NCBI GenBank assembly: GCA_903900805.1
Contig: CAIUOP010000088.1
Coordinates: 20,411 to 84,410, forward strand
Source of the DNA: an uncultured beta proteobacterium
GTDB lineage: Bacteria; Pseudomonadota; Gammaproteobacteria; Burkholderiales; Burkholderiaceae
Length of the DNA: 64,000 nt
Reading direction: 5' to 3'
Of the stretch, positions 22,576 through 33,571 are shown piece after piece; within the stretch, counting starts at the first letter, position 1; the number at the start of each line of letters is the position of its first letter. Below the pieces are notes generated by a model. That model was not told the origin of the DNA, ran no database searches, and saw nothing but the letters and a program-made list of their open reading frames with translations. The translations under genes and the position numbers were made by a program.

Positions 22576-23736
22576 ATGAATCGCTGGTTGCTTCCTGAAG
22601 ATATTGCAGACGTTTTGCCAGCGCAAGCTCGCAAGGTGGAGATTTTGCGTCGTGCGATCTTAGATTTGTATCAAACTTATGGATATGAACTAGTCGCTCC
22701 TCCTATTTTGGAGTTCTTGGATTCCTTATTGACTGGAACTGGTTCGGATCTCAATCTCCAAACCTTTAAGTTAGTAGATCAGATGTCAGGACGCACCCTG
22801 GGCTTGCGTGCCGATATTACGCCGCAAGTGGCGCGTATTGATGCGCACTTATTAAATCGCACTGGAGTGACCCGTCTTTGCTATGCCGGCTCTGTCGCAC
22901 ATGCTCGCACACCAGTAGGTAGCTCTGCACGTGAAGATTTGCAGTTGGGCGCAGAGATTTATGGTTGTGCTACCTGGGATGCTGACTTTGAAGCGATTAC
23001 TTTGTTGCTCAAAACACTTTCTATTGCGCTCGTAGATAAGGTTTATCTTGATCTATCTCATGCTGGTATCTTGAATGGTATTTTGGCCGACCAAAAATTG
23101 GATAAAGAGACCACTGAAACCTTGTATGGTTTATTGCAGACCAAAGATCGTCCGCGCCTGAGTAAATGGGCAGCAAGCTTGCCAGCTAAAACTACCCAAG
23201 CGCTGATGGCTCTGACTGAGCTCAATGGTCCTTGTGCAGATGTATTAGCAAAGGCTAAAAAAATATTGCCAACACATGCTGCAATTGATCAAGCATTAGT
23301 CGATCTCGAGCGCTTAATTGCTGCAGTGAGTTCATCAAAAGGCTTAGAGCTCAGTATTGATTTGGCAGACTTGCGTGGTTATCAATATCACAGTGGTGTG
23401 ATGTTTGCTGTTTATGTAGAGAAACTGCCGCAGCCAATCGCTAGAGGCGGGCGCTATGACCATGTTGGTCAGGCCTTTGGCCGTTCTCGTCCTGCAACGG
23501 GTTTTTCATTAGATTTATTGACTCTGGCCAACCTTTCACCATTGAAGGTTCATAAGTTAGCCATTCTTGCCCCCTGGCTTGAGGATGCCGCATTAAGTAA
23601 GGTGATTGCAGCCTTACGGGATTCTGGCGAAGTAGTCATTCAGGTGATGGCTGGTGAAAAAGTCGAGGCAGCCGAATATGAATGTGATCGAGAGCTAGTA
23701 AAGCAGGGCAGCTCTTGGGAAGTAAAGAAAAAATAA
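22576..23736 (+). CDS. hisZ: ATP phosphoribosyltransferase regulatory subunit HisZ
   Basis: HisRS-like catalytic core without an anticodon domain (LPEDIADVLP, LRADITPQVARI, GGRYD). The position between hflC and purA is typical of betaproteobacteria. Confidence 0.85.
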   Translation: MNRWLLPEDIADVLPAQARKVEILRRAILDLYQTYGYELVAPPILEFLDSLLTGTGSDLNLQTFKLVDQMSGRTLGLRADITPQVARIDAHLLNRTGVTRLCYAGSVAHARTPVGSSAREDLQLGAEIYGCATWDADFEAITLLLKTLSIALVDKVYLDLSHAGILNGILADQKLDKETTETLYGLLQTKDRPRLSKWAASLPAKTTQALMALTELNGPCADVLAKAKKILPTHAAIDQALVDLERLIAAVSSSKGLELSIDLADLRGYQYHSGVMFAVYVEKLPQPIARGGRYDHVGQAFGRSRPATGFSLDLLTLANLSPLKVHKLAILAPWLEDAALSKVIAALRDSGEVVIQVMAGEKVEAAEYECDRELVKQGSSWEVKKK

Positions 23737-23771
23737 AGTAAAGCAAGCAGACTTTTCAACCTATTTTGTAA

Positions 23772-25133
<1,362 letters not shown>

Positions 25134-25187
25134 TGGAAAATAACTCATTCACTCTATTTATTCACTTTTGCTTAAGAAAATATCAAC

Positions 25188-27404
25188 ATGACTGCGCGCA
25201 CTACCTGTAATGGCCTTCAAGTAGCAAATTCCTTATACCGTTTTATCGAAGATAAAGTACTGCCTGGTACCGGCATTAAAAGCGCTGATTTTTGGAAGGG
25301 CTTTGATGAGATCGTTAAAGATTTAACACCAAAAAATGAAGCTTTATTAGCTAAGCGTGATCGACTACAGGCTGATTTAGATAATTGGCATAAAGCCAAT
25401 CCAGGCCCAATTAAAGATATGCCTGCCTATCGTAAGTACCTAAAAGAAATCGGCTATATCGATGAGGTGCCTGATACTGTCTTAGCTACCACTCAGAACG
25501 TAGATGATGAGCTGGCTCTTCAAGCCGGCCCCCAACTGGTGGTCCCAGTACTTAATGCCCGTTATGCCTTAAATGCGGCCAATGCTCGTTGGGGCTCTTT
25601 GTATGACGCCCTTTACGGTACAGATGTTATCTCCTCCGAAGGTGGTGCCGATAAAGACGGTACTTATAACCCGATTCGAGGTGCAAAGGTAGTTGCTTAT
25701 GCGCGTCAGTTTTTAGATGAATCCGCTCCTTTAGCTGGGGCTCTATATGGCGATGTAGTGGCATATAGCGTCGTAGACAAAAAACTGTCCGTGAAATTAA
25801 AAGACGGTAGCACTACTGGCTTGGTTGATGAGAATCAATTTGTTGGCTATCAAGGCGATGCTGCTGCACCATCATCTGTTTTACTCCGCAATAACGGCAT
25901 TCATATTGATATTGAAATTGATAAGACCAAAACCATTGGTGCTGCTGATGCAGCTGGTGTAAATGATGTAGTGCTTGAGGCTGCTCTCTCAACTATTCTA
26001 GATTTAGAGGATTCAGTAGCGGTGGTTGATGCTGACGATAAAGTACTGGCTTATGAGAACTGGTTAGGCATTCTCAAAGGCACTTTAGTTGAAGAAGTGA
26101 GTAAGGGCGGGAAAACCTTTACCCGCACACTCAATCCAGACCGTAAATACACGGCGGGCATTGGTGCGGTTAACGCAAAAGATGGCATTGTGACGCTACA
26201 TGGCCGTTCACTCTTATTCCTTCGTAATGTAGGCCACTTGATGACTAACCCTGCCATCATTACTGGTAAAGGTAAGGAAATCTACGAAGGTATCTTAGAT
26301 GCAGTAGTGACAGTGTTGATTGCTTTATACGACATTAAACGTCCAACGACTCAGGCTATTGGTAATACCCGTAAAGGTTCTGTTTATATTGTTAAGCCAA
26401 AAATGCATAGCCCAGAAGAAGTGGCGTTTGCTAGTGAGCTCTTTGGTCGGGTTGAGAAGCTACTTGGATTGCCAGAGAACACGGTGAAATTAGGAATCAT
26501 GGATGAAGAGCGTCGCATGAGCGTCAATATTAAAGCGGCCATTGCTGCAGCTGGTGCACGCGTTGCTTTTATTAATACTGGGTTCTTGGATCGTACTGGC
26601 GATGAAATGCATACCGGAATGTACGGTGGTGCCATGGTTCGCAAAGGCAGAATGAAGATCGCTAAATGGTTCGGTGCTTATGAGCGCCGTAACGTATTGG
26701 CTGGTTTAGATTGTGGCCTGCGTGGTCGTGCACAGATTGGCAAAGGCATGTGGCCTGCACCTGATCTCATGAAAGAAATGGTAGAGCAAAAAATCGCACA
26801 TCCTCAAGCAGGCGCTAATACAGCTTGGGTGCCGTCACCTACAGCAGCAACTTTGCATGCCATGCACTATCACCAGGTTAATGTTGAGCAAATTCAAAAG
26901 GATATGGAAACGCAAGATACCGAGGCTGAGTATGAAGCCTTAATGGATAACCTCTTGACTGTACCTATTGCTCTTTTCCCCGATTGGACTAAAGAAGAGA
27001 TTCGTGAAGCGCTGAATAATAACTGCCAAGGTATTTTGGGTTATGTAGTTCGCTGGATTGATCAAGGTGTTGGTTGCTCTAAGGTGCCTGATATCTACAA
27101 CGTAGGATTGATGGAAGATCGTGCGACATTACGTATTTCTAGTCAGCATATTGCTAACTGGTTGCTACACAAATATGTTACTAAAGCGGAAGTAAATGAA
27201 GCCCTACAACGTATGGCTAGTATTGTTGATATGCAAAATGCAGGTGATCCTCTATACAAGCCAATGATGCCGAACTATAAAGATTCATATGCCTATCAAG
27301 CTGCAAGCGATCTGATCTTTAAGGGTCTTGAGCAGCCAAATGGGTATACCGAACCATTGCTACATGCTTGGCGCTTGAAAGTAAAAGCAGCGCAAGCGAA
27401 GTAA
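25188..27404 (+). CDS. glcB: Malate synthase G
   Basis: 738 aa and colinear with the MSG family (N-terminal [12 protein letters not shown], core MDEERR, catalytic region [13 protein letters not shown]). Confidence 0.92.
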   Translation: MTARTTCNGLQVANSLYRFIEDKVLPGTGIKSADFWKGFDEIVKDLTPKNEALLAKRDRLQADLDNWHKANPGPIKDMPAYRKYLKEIGYIDEVPDTVLATTQNVDDELALQAGPQLVVPVLNARYALNAANARWGSLYDALYGTDVISSEGGADKDGTYNPIRGAKVVAYARQFLDESAPLAGALYGDVVAYSVVDKKLSVKLKDGSTTGLVDENQFVGYQGDAAAPSSVLLRNNGIHIDIEIDKTKTIGAADAAGVNDVVLEAALSTILDLEDSVAVVDADDKVLAYENWLGILKGTLVEEVSKGGKTFTRTLNPDRKYTAGIGAVNAKDGIVTLHGRSLLFLRNVGHLMTNPAIITGKGKEIYEGILDAVVTVLIALYDIKRPTTQAIGNTRKGSVYIVKPKMHSPEEVAFASELFGRVEKLLGLPENTVKLGIMDEERRMSVNIKAAIAAAGARVAFINTGFLDRTGDEMHTGMYGGAMVRKGRMKIAKWFGAYERRNVLAGLDCGLRGRAQIGKGMWPAPDLMKEMVEQKIAHPQAGANTAWVPSPTAATLHAMHYHQVNVEQIQKDMETQDTEAEYEALMDNLLTVPIALFPDWTKEEIREALNNNCQGILGYVVRWIDQGVGCSKVPDIYNVGLMEDRATLRISSQHIANWLLHKYVTKAEVNEALQRMASIVDMQNAGDPLYKPMMPNYKDSYAYQAASDLIFKGLEQPNGYTEPLLHAWRLKVKAAQAK

Positions 27405-27426
27405 TTTTCGTGGCCATTAAAAAATC

Positions 27427-27465
27427 AAAATGGATTTGCCCACAAAGCAAATCCATTTTTTATTA
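27427..27465 (+). terminator. Rho-independent terminator after glcB
   Basis: Perfect 13-bp stem aaaatggatttgc (27427-27439) / gcaaatccatttt (27447-27459) with loop ccacaaa, followed by a T-run. Confidence 0.7.
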
Positions 27466-27476
27466 GGCACATCAAT

Positions 27477-27968
27477 ATGTTTGGCTTGCTAAATTTATTT
27501 TCTAGGCCCCAGCAGACTTTCCCATTACAGCTAAATGATGGGGGCAGGGAGAAGGCTGGATTTAAAGGTGGGGCTGGGGATTGTGTCGTGAGATCAATTG
27601 CCATTGCCGCCAAACTGCCCTATATGCAGGTTTACGAAGACTTAAGAAGTGCTAATCAAAGCTACGCTGAGCTGAGGAACGATCGTTTAGCAAGGCGCCT
27701 TAACAATAAGGGCGCATCGCCTCGAAACGGCAACCATCGCAATGTCTTTCATGATTACATCCTTGGGCTAGGTTTTGAATGGGTTCCAACAATGAAGGTG
27801 GGGGCAGGCTGCCAGGTTCACCTTAGGCCTAATGAACTTCCAGGCGGAATATTAATTGTGAAGGTTTCCAAGCACTTAACTGCAATAGTTGATGGAGTAA
27901 TTCAAGATACGCATGATCCATCACGGCGTGGAAATCGCTGCGTTTATGGCTATTACATCAAGAAATAA
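27477..27968 (+). CDS. Hypothetical protein with a candidate Cys/His(/Asp) hydrolase signature (163 aa)
   Basis: The ORF has no SD and starts 15 nt after the glcB terminator. The motifs GAGDCVVRSIAIA (Cys36) and VSKHLTAIVDGVIQDTHD (His133) are spaced about 100 aa apart, as in small papain-fold enzymes. The functional call is an inference. Confidence 0.55.
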   Translation: MFGLLNLFSRPQQTFPLQLNDGGREKAGFKGGAGDCVVRSIAIAAKLPYMQVYEDLRSANQSYAELRNDRLARRLNNKGASPRNGNHRNVFHDYILGLGFEWVPTMKVGAGCQVHLRPNELPGGILIVKVSKHLTAIVDGVIQDTHDPSRRGNRCVYGYYIKK

Positions 27969-27969
27969 A

Positions 27970-28533
27970 TTATGAATTCGACTCTTTTTTAGACTCGTAT
28001 AGTTGGCGTCTTAGCTTCCAAGTCTCACGATAGGTGTTGGTCATGCTAATCATGATTGAGGTAGTCCAAGCTAGTGAAAAAAGTCCGCTAAATGAGATGA
28101 AAAAAGCCAAGGTTTTATAGCCATTCGGCAGAACATCCTCAACAAACCCAAGAGTGGTGTAGCAACTTCCTGCAAAGAGGATTGCGTCGATGGCAGTATG
28201 TAAGAGGTTGAGCTGGTAAATTAGTGCTGCCCAAATTAATACCTCAGCAATGTGGATGAGGGCAATCAAAGAAAATGAGCCATAGAAATGGATAAAGACC
28301 CAGCGATAATCTTTATTGGTGAGGTTGGCGGCAGTCATTCTTTCAAAGCGCATCAAGGCAGTATTAATCGAGATTCCATGAAATATCAAAACCACGATCA
28401 TGCCAGCCACCCCTAACAGAATGTCCTGAAAGAGTGCTAAGTAGGTAAATTGGTAAGTGGCTGGGGGCATCGTATGGTGAAATAAGTAGGTGTGCGATTT
28501 GTCGTCAGCGTTGATAATGGCATAGAGCGCCAT
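27970..28533 (-). CDS. Pore-loop (two-TM type, Ion_trans_2-like) ion channel family membrane protein
   Basis: Hydrophobic segments flank a pore-helix/filter-like stretch AIDAILFAGSCYTTLGFVEDVLP (compare the K+ channel TxGYGD). Its stop codon is 1 nt from the stop of the convergent gene. The start is uncertain, with an alternative Met at 28470. Confidence 0.55.
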   Translation of the reverse strand: MALYAIINADDKSHTYLFHHTMPPATYQFTYLALFQDILLGVAGMIVVLIFHGISINTALMRFERMTAANLTNKDYRWVFIHFYGSFSLIALIHIAEVLIWAALIYQLNLLHTAIDAILFAGSCYTTLGFVEDVLPNGYKTLAFFISFSGLFSLAWTTSIMISMTNTYRETWKLRRQLYESKKESNS

Positions 28534-28570
28534 TCAAGTAAAGTATTCAGAATAAATGTAAGGAGATCAC

Positions 28571-29254
28571 ATGATTCAATTTAAAAGACCCGATGGGAAT
28601 GTTGTTGAAGGCTATTTGGCTGCGCCTCTTGATAAAGCCAATGCCCCTGGAGTAGTAGTCCTTCAGGAGTGGTGGGGTTTAGATGATGAAGTTAAGTCAG
28701 TAGCTGATCGTTTGGCTAAAGCCGGCTATCGTGCATTGGTACCTGATCTATATCGCGGTAAGTTAGCACTCGAAGCAAATGAGGCTGAGCATTTAATGAG
28801 TGGACTGAACTTTGGGGATGCTGCTTCTCAAGATATCCGTGGGGCTGTTCAATATCTAAAGGCAACTGGTAGCAAGAAGGTAGCTGTTACTGGATTTTGT
28901 ATGGGAGGCGCTTTGACTGTGCTATCTGCTTGTAATATTCCCGAGCTTGATGGCACCATTGTTTGGTACGGATATCCTCCATTGGAGTATGTGGATGCAA
29001 CAGCAATCCAGAAGCCGATGATGGCCCATTGGGCATTGCATGATGATTTCTTCTCCATTGCAGGAGTAGATCAGCTAGAAGAAAAGTTGAAGCAAGCCAA
29101 CTGCCATTATGAATTTCACCGCTACGATGCCAAGCATGGTTTTGCTAACCCCAAATCTGCTGTTCGTGGCATGCCGCCATTGGAGTACAAGGCCGAGGCT
29201 GCCACATTAGCCTGGGATCGTACCCTAGAGTTTCTAAAGAAGAACTTGGCTTAA
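28571..29254 (+). CDS. Dienelactone hydrolase family protein (alpha/beta hydrolase)
   Basis: AAGGAG SD, nucleophile elbow GFCMGG and a C-terminal YDAKHGF His motif. Length and order are typical of the DLH family. Confidence 0.85.
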   Translation: MIQFKRPDGNVVEGYLAAPLDKANAPGVVVLQEWWGLDDEVKSVADRLAKAGYRALVPDLYRGKLALEANEAEHLMSGLNFGDAASQDIRGAVQYLKATGSKKVAVTGFCMGGALTVLSACNIPELDGTIVWYGYPPLEYVDATAIQKPMMAHWALHDDFFSIAGVDQLEEKLKQANCHYEFHRYDAKHGFANPKSAVRGMPPLEYKAEAATLAWDRTLEFLKKNLA

Positions 29255-29279
29255 TTCATTCACCAGCTACATTCATACT

Positions 29280-29777
29280 ATGCATTTGTTCTCTGAAAAC
29301 CTCGCCGTAGAAATTTCTGCTTACTATCGCAACTTAGCCTTAGGTCATGGTGTAGTGCCAAAGGTATTCACCATGGTGAATGGGGATGGGGATCAATTCC
29401 TTTTCTTTATTGATGATCTTGCTATGGAAAAGGAAGAAGAGGATCAGTTTTTGGCATATATCGTCAAAGAGCATGATGCCGTTGCTTATGCGCGCGGTAC
29501 CTTAGTCATCGTTGATAAGAGTGGGCAATACGTTGAGTTTGCAGTTGTTGATCGTGATGATGAAGATGCCATCGTTTGTTCCGCAGAACTCACGCGAGAT
29601 ATGGAAGATAAGCCAATCGGTCTGACAGAGTTTGATAAAACGGTAGTGAAGAAGGGCTCCATTATTTTTGGGGGACTCTTTGTGCCAATGAGCCTAACAG
29701 AAGCAAAAATAGAAGACTTTGAAAGTCTATGGGATGAAATGAAGCCCAAGATTTTGCAACGATCTATGGGAATCTAG
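29280..29777 (+). CDS. Hypothetical acidic protein (165 aa)
   Basis: The ORF is co-oriented and tightly spaced between the DLH gene and azlC. It is very Asp/Glu-rich and has no recognisable motif. Confidence 0.5.
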   Translation: MHLFSENLAVEISAYYRNLALGHGVVPKVFTMVNGDGDQFLFFIDDLAMEKEEEDQFLAYIVKEHDAVAYARGTLVIVDKSGQYVEFAVVDRDDEDAIVCSAELTRDMEDKPIGLTEFDKTVVKKGSIIFGGLFVPMSLTEAKIEDFESLWDEMKPKILQRSMGI

Positions 29778-29786
29778 CACCTCTAA

Positions 29787-30515
29787 ATGACACCAGCACA
29801 ACAGCGGGAATTTATTTACGGCTTTAAGCAGATGTCACATTCCGCTGTGACAATCATGACGTGGAGCTTAGTTACTGGCATTGCCATGGCTAAGTCCGCA
29901 TTGACCATTCAGCAAGCAATTGCGATGAGTCTATTAGTTTACGCAGGCTCAGCTCAGCTTGCTGCGCTTCCTTTGCTTGCTGTAGGCGCACCTATTTGGG
30001 TAATCTTGACAACCTCTTTCATGGTGAACTTACGCTTCGTTATTTTCAGCCTTGGATTGCAAGCCCATTTTTCCTACCTATCAACCTGGCGCAGAATTTT
30101 ATTAGGCTATTTCACTACGGATTTTTCTTATCTAAATCACATCAAGCGCTACCCAAAGCCTGAAACGCAAAAGGAGCTAGCCGCTGATCCAGAGCATTTG
30201 CGCCTCTATTCAATGATGGGCTTTCAGGCTGCTAATTGGTTTTTTTGGCAGGTGGCCTCTATCACGGGAATCTTGCTTGCAAGTCAAATACCCAATGATT
30301 GGGGTTTAGCGTTTGCTGGCGCAGTCGCTTTGATAGTTATTATTGGGCCGATGCTTGATCGCTCTTCAGCCAGGTGGGCCGCAGTAACGGCAGGAGTTGT
30401 GGCAGTGATGACTTATGGCTTACCGTTTCGGCTCAATATTATTTTGGCAGTCGGTACAGCAATAGTTGTAGGAATGATATTAGATAAATCTCCCAAAGAA
30501 GGGGCGATCTCATGA
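29787..30515 (+). CDS. azlC: AzlC family branched-chain amino acid exporter subunit
   Basis: Multi-TM protein with the AzlC-type motif YAGSAQLAALPL. A small AzlD-like partner follows with a 4-nt overlap. Confidence 0.8.
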   Translation: MTPAQQREFIYGFKQMSHSAVTIMTWSLVTGIAMAKSALTIQQAIAMSLLVYAGSAQLAALPLLAVGAPIWVILTTSFMVNLRFVIFSLGLQAHFSYLSTWRRILLGYFTTDFSYLNHIKRYPKPETQKELAADPEHLRLYSMMGFQAANWFFWQVASITGILLASQIPNDWGLAFAGAVALIVIIGPMLDRSSARWAAVTAGVVAVMTYGLPFRLNIILAVGTAIVVGMILDKSPKEGAIS

Positions 30516-30853
30516 ATGACAGCAGCATGAGAATGACTTACCTTATTATTGGGATGGTTGCGATGACTTTCGTGGCGCGCTGTTTCTTTATTTTTTTGGG
30601 CAATCGAATCAAAATTTCAGAGTGGGCGCTAGAGACAATTCGGTATGCACCATTAGCCGCATTGATTGCCATTTTAGCTCCAGAAATATTCTTACCCGTA
30701 AGTGCCTCTAGTATTGCTGAATTTAATTTGAGGTTCCCGAATATTTGGGGCGGAATTGCAGCCCTGATTGCTTTCTATTTCAGCAAGAAAATGATTCCAA
30801 CTCTGGTGATTGGTATGGCAGTCTATACGGCCGCTCGGTTTTGGTTTGCCTAA
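30512..30853 (+). CDS. azlD: AzlD family small membrane protein
   Basis: 113 aa with 4 TM segments, translationally coupled to azlC (ATGA overlap). Confidence 0.75.
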   Translation: MNDSSMRMTYLIIGMVAMTFVARCFFIFLGNRIKISEWALETIRYAPLAALIAILAPEIFLPVSASSIAEFNLRFPNIWGGIAALIAFYFSKKMIPTLVIGMAVYTAARFWFA

Positions 30854-30931
30854 TGCTGAGCGAAAGAGCGAAGTAAGGCGAAAGCTTGCAATCTGCTGAT
30901 TTGACCCCATATAAGGTCAAGTAGGAGTGTT

Positions 30932-31018
30932 TGGTGCCCAGGAAGGGACTCGAACCCCCACAACCTTACGATCGCCAGCACCTGAAGCTGGTGCGTCTAC
31001 CAATTTCGCCACCTGGGC
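30932..31018 (-). tRNA. tRNA-Leu (anticodon CAG), 87 nt with encoded CCA
   Basis: The reverse complement reads GCCCAGGTGGCGAAATTGGTAGACGCACCAGCTTCAGGTGCTGGCGATCGTAAGGTTGTGGGGGTTCGAGTCCCTTCCTGGGCACCA. It has a 7-bp acceptor stem, anticodon stem CCAGC/GCTGG with loop TTCAGGT, a long variable arm and a GGTTCGAGTCC T-arm. Confidence 0.93.
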
Positions 31019-31173
31019 ATGCCTTTATTATAAGGGGATGGCTGTTTCAGAGGCTTTTCAAGCCCAATTTGGCTTTTCCCCTGCAGACTCAATGGTTTGA
31101 TACAGTAGGCTTATTCATAACAAAAATAGATATCAATAGATATAGCAAGGGCATGTATTGCCGAAGGAATTAA

Positions 31174-33555
31174 ATGCGTAAAGCAAAAGACTTGGTGCCG
31201 CGTGAGGCTGACCGTTTAGGGACAGTCCAAGGTCACCGAGATGGATTTGGATTTGTAATTCCCGATGATGGTGGTGAAGATATTTTTCTCTCTGAGCGAG
31301 AGATGTCTCGCGTCATGCACGGCGATAGAGTGAATGTCAAAGTGTTGGGAACAGATCGACGTGGTCGTCCGGAAGGGCAGATTGTCGAAGTAGTACTGCA
31401 TGCAAACAAAGTCGTGATTGGTCGACTTCTCAATGAAAATGGCGTACTCATTGTTGCGCCTGAAGATAACCGTATTGGCCATGACATATTGATTCCTCCT
31501 AAGGGGCAGGGCCAGGCCAAACTGGGTCAAGTGGTGAGTGTTGAGATCATTGACTACCCGGATAGCTATCGTCAAGCGCTTGGCCGCGTAGTTGAAGTCT
31601 TGGGCGAGATCGACGATCCTGGCATGGAGATCGAAATTGCCGTGCGTAAGTATGGCGTGCCCCATGAGTTTTCAGCTGCTGCTATGAAAGAGGCTGCTGC
31701 ACTGCCAGATTCTGTGCAGCAAGAGGACTTAGAGGGCCGTGTTGATTTACGAGATATCCCTTTGGTCACCATTGATGGCGCTGATGCGAGAGACTTCGAT
31801 GATGCGGTATATTGCGAGCCGATCATGCACGGCAAGACCAAGGCCTGGCGTTTAATTGTCGGCATTGCTGACGTCTCCCATTATGTGAAGCCTGGACACC
31901 CCTTGGATGATGAGGGTTTATTGCGTGCTACTTCGGTCTATTTTCCAAGGCGTGTCATCCCGATGCTTCCCGAGAAGATCTCGAATGGTTTGTGCTCGCT
32001 AAATCCTAATGTAGATCGTTTGTGTATGGTCTGTGATGCTGTAGTAGATAACAACGGCATTGTGTTGGCCTATCAGTTTTATCCTGCGGTAATGCATTCT
32101 GCTCAGCGCTTCACTTATGACACTGTTTGGGAGATTCTATCTAATAGCAAAGGGCCTGAGGCAGCGCGTTTTGCTGAGTTTAGTCCTTTACTAGGAAATC
32201 TCTACTCCTTATATAAGATTTTGCTATCTGCTCGCGAGAAGCGGGGTGCTATCGAATTTGAAACTACTGAGACTCAGATCATCAGTAATGAGCTAGGCAA
32301 GATTTTGCGGATTGAACCACGCCTACGTAATGAAGCGCACCGCTTAATTGAAGAGTGTATGTTGACAGCAAACGTTTGTGCTGCTGACTTCATTGATAAA
32401 AATAAACACTTAAGCCTGTATCGCGTGCATGGAGAGCCTTCTGAAGAGAAGTTAATGACTCTGCGCCAAGTATTACGAACCTCAAGCCTTTCTCTGGGCG
32501 GTGGTGAAAAACCGAAGCCACGCGATTATGCAAAACTCATGCGTGAGATCAAAGATCGTCCTGATGCCAATATGTTGCAGTCAGTAGTCTTGCGCTCTAT
32601 GCAGCAAGCGATGTACCAGCCGGACAACGAAGGTCACTTTGGCTTGGCTTACCCAGCGTACTCTCATTTCACAAGCCCAATTCGCCGCTATCCTGACTTA
32701 CTTACCCATCGTGTGATTAAGTCTATCCTGCAGAAGAAAGCCTATGTTCCGGTATTGTCTCCAACGGTTCCGCTCAATTTAACTTTGCCTCGTAAAGGCA
32801 AGGGTCGTGAGAACGCAGTCAATGCCAAGAAGTCTCATAGTGACGCTAAGGCTGGTGCTGCCAAGGGGACTAGAACACCAAAAGGGGCTAATGCCGCCTT
32901 GCCTATTTGGGGTCAGTTAGGCGTACATTGCTCATCTAATGAGCGTCGCGCAGATGAAGCCTCACGTGATGTCGAAGCTTGGCTCAAGTGTTATTACATG
33001 CGCGACCATTTAGGTCAGGAATATGCTGGCACAGTAACGAGTGTCGCTAACTTTGGATTATTCATTCAGCTCGAGAACCTCTTTGTTGAAGGTATGGTGC
33101 ATGTAACCGAGTTGGGTGGCGATTATTTCCAGTATGACGAGGCTCGTCAAGAATTGCGTGGAGAAAGAACTGGTATTCGTTATCGTTTAGGCGATCGTTT
33201 GCATGTTTTAGTGAGTCGCGTTGATTTGGATGCCCGCAAGATTGAATTTAGTCTAGTGAAGTCGATAGGAGCAGAAGTCGGTGGCTCGTCCAGCCGTCGT
33301 CAGCTAATACTAGCTACTGATACCGGCAGGCCCAATAAGAAGGCCGCATCCAAAAAGAGTCGTCCATCCAGTAAAGTTCCACAAAAACCTGGTGGTGTTA
33401 ATGTGAATGCCGCTAAGTCTGCAGGTAATTTAAGTGCCAACCAATCTAAGAGCAAAGCCAGTCGCAAGAATGGAAAAGCAAAGCCCGGCAGGTCAGTTGG
33501 TAAGCCTGCTGGCACTAAGCCGCCAGTTCGCAGCACCAACGCCCGCCGTAAATAA
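31174..33555 (+). CDS. rnr: Ribonuclease R
   Basis: Cold-shock-like N-domains, an RNB catalytic domain (TIDGADARDFDDAV, SPIRRYPDL), an S1 domain (GTVTSVANFGLFIQL) and a long Lys-rich C-terminal tail. Confidence 0.93.
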   Translation: MRKAKDLVPREADRLGTVQGHRDGFGFVIPDDGGEDIFLSEREMSRVMHGDRVNVKVLGTDRRGRPEGQIVEVVLHANKVVIGRLLNENGVLIVAPEDNRIGHDILIPPKGQGQAKLGQVVSVEIIDYPDSYRQALGRVVEVLGEIDDPGMEIEIAVRKYGVPHEFSAAAMKEAAALPDSVQQEDLEGRVDLRDIPLVTIDGADARDFDDAVYCEPIMHGKTKAWRLIVGIADVSHYVKPGHPLDDEGLLRATSVYFPRRVIPMLPEKISNGLCSLNPNVDRLCMVCDAVVDNNGIVLAYQFYPAVMHSAQRFTYDTVWEILSNSKGPEAARFAEFSPLLGNLYSLYKILLSAREKRGAIEFETTETQIISNELGKILRIEPRLRNEAHRLIEECMLTANVCAADFIDKNKHLSLYRVHGEPSEEKLMTLRQVLRTSSLSLGGGEKPKPRDYAKLMREIKDRPDANMLQSVVLRSMQQAMYQPDNEGHFGLAYPAYSHFTSPIRRYPDLLTHRVIKSILQKKAYVPVLSPTVPLNLTLPRKGKGRENAVNAKKSHSDAKAGAAKGTRTPKGANAALPIWGQLGVHCSSNERRADEASRDVEAWLKCYYMRDHLGQEYAGTVTSVANFGLFIQLENLFVEGMVHVTELGGDYFQYDEARQELRGERTGIRYRLGDRLHVLVSRVDLDARKIEFSLVKSIGAEVGGSSSRRQLILATDTGRPNKKAASKKSRPSSKVPQKPGGVNVNAAKSAGNLSANQSKSKASRKNGKAKPGRSVGKPAGTKPPVRSTNARRK

Positions 33556-33571
33556 AGAATAAATAAAACAC

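Noticed and set aside
22272-22598. A 108-aa plus-strand ORF spanning the hflC-hisZ junction, where some relatives carry a small DUF2065/yjeT gene
   Set aside because: It is out of frame within the hflC coding sequence for most of its length, and its product is not hydrophobic as YjeT is. The real hflC-hisZ gap is only 20 nt, so no extra gene fits.
27405-30931. Possible genomic island inserted at the 3' end of tRNA-Leu (orphans, channel, DLH, azlCD)
   Set aside because: The patch abuts the tRNA 3' end. However, I found no integrase, no mobility gene and no direct repeat of the tRNA 3' segment at the glcB-proximal boundary. The azlCD and DLH genes look like ordinary chromosomal genes.
30931-31173. 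An 80-aa plus-strand ORF in the ORF track
   Set aside because: Its first 90 nt are the antisense of a well-formed tRNA-Leu(CAG) gene, and the rest is the rnr upstream region. It has no SD and an implausible composition, so I treat it as spurious.
31216-31865. Three antisense ORFs (95-149 aa) within the 5' part of rnr
   Set aside because: They lie fully inside a strongly supported RNase R coding frame, with no motifs and no SD. They are typical shadow ORFs.
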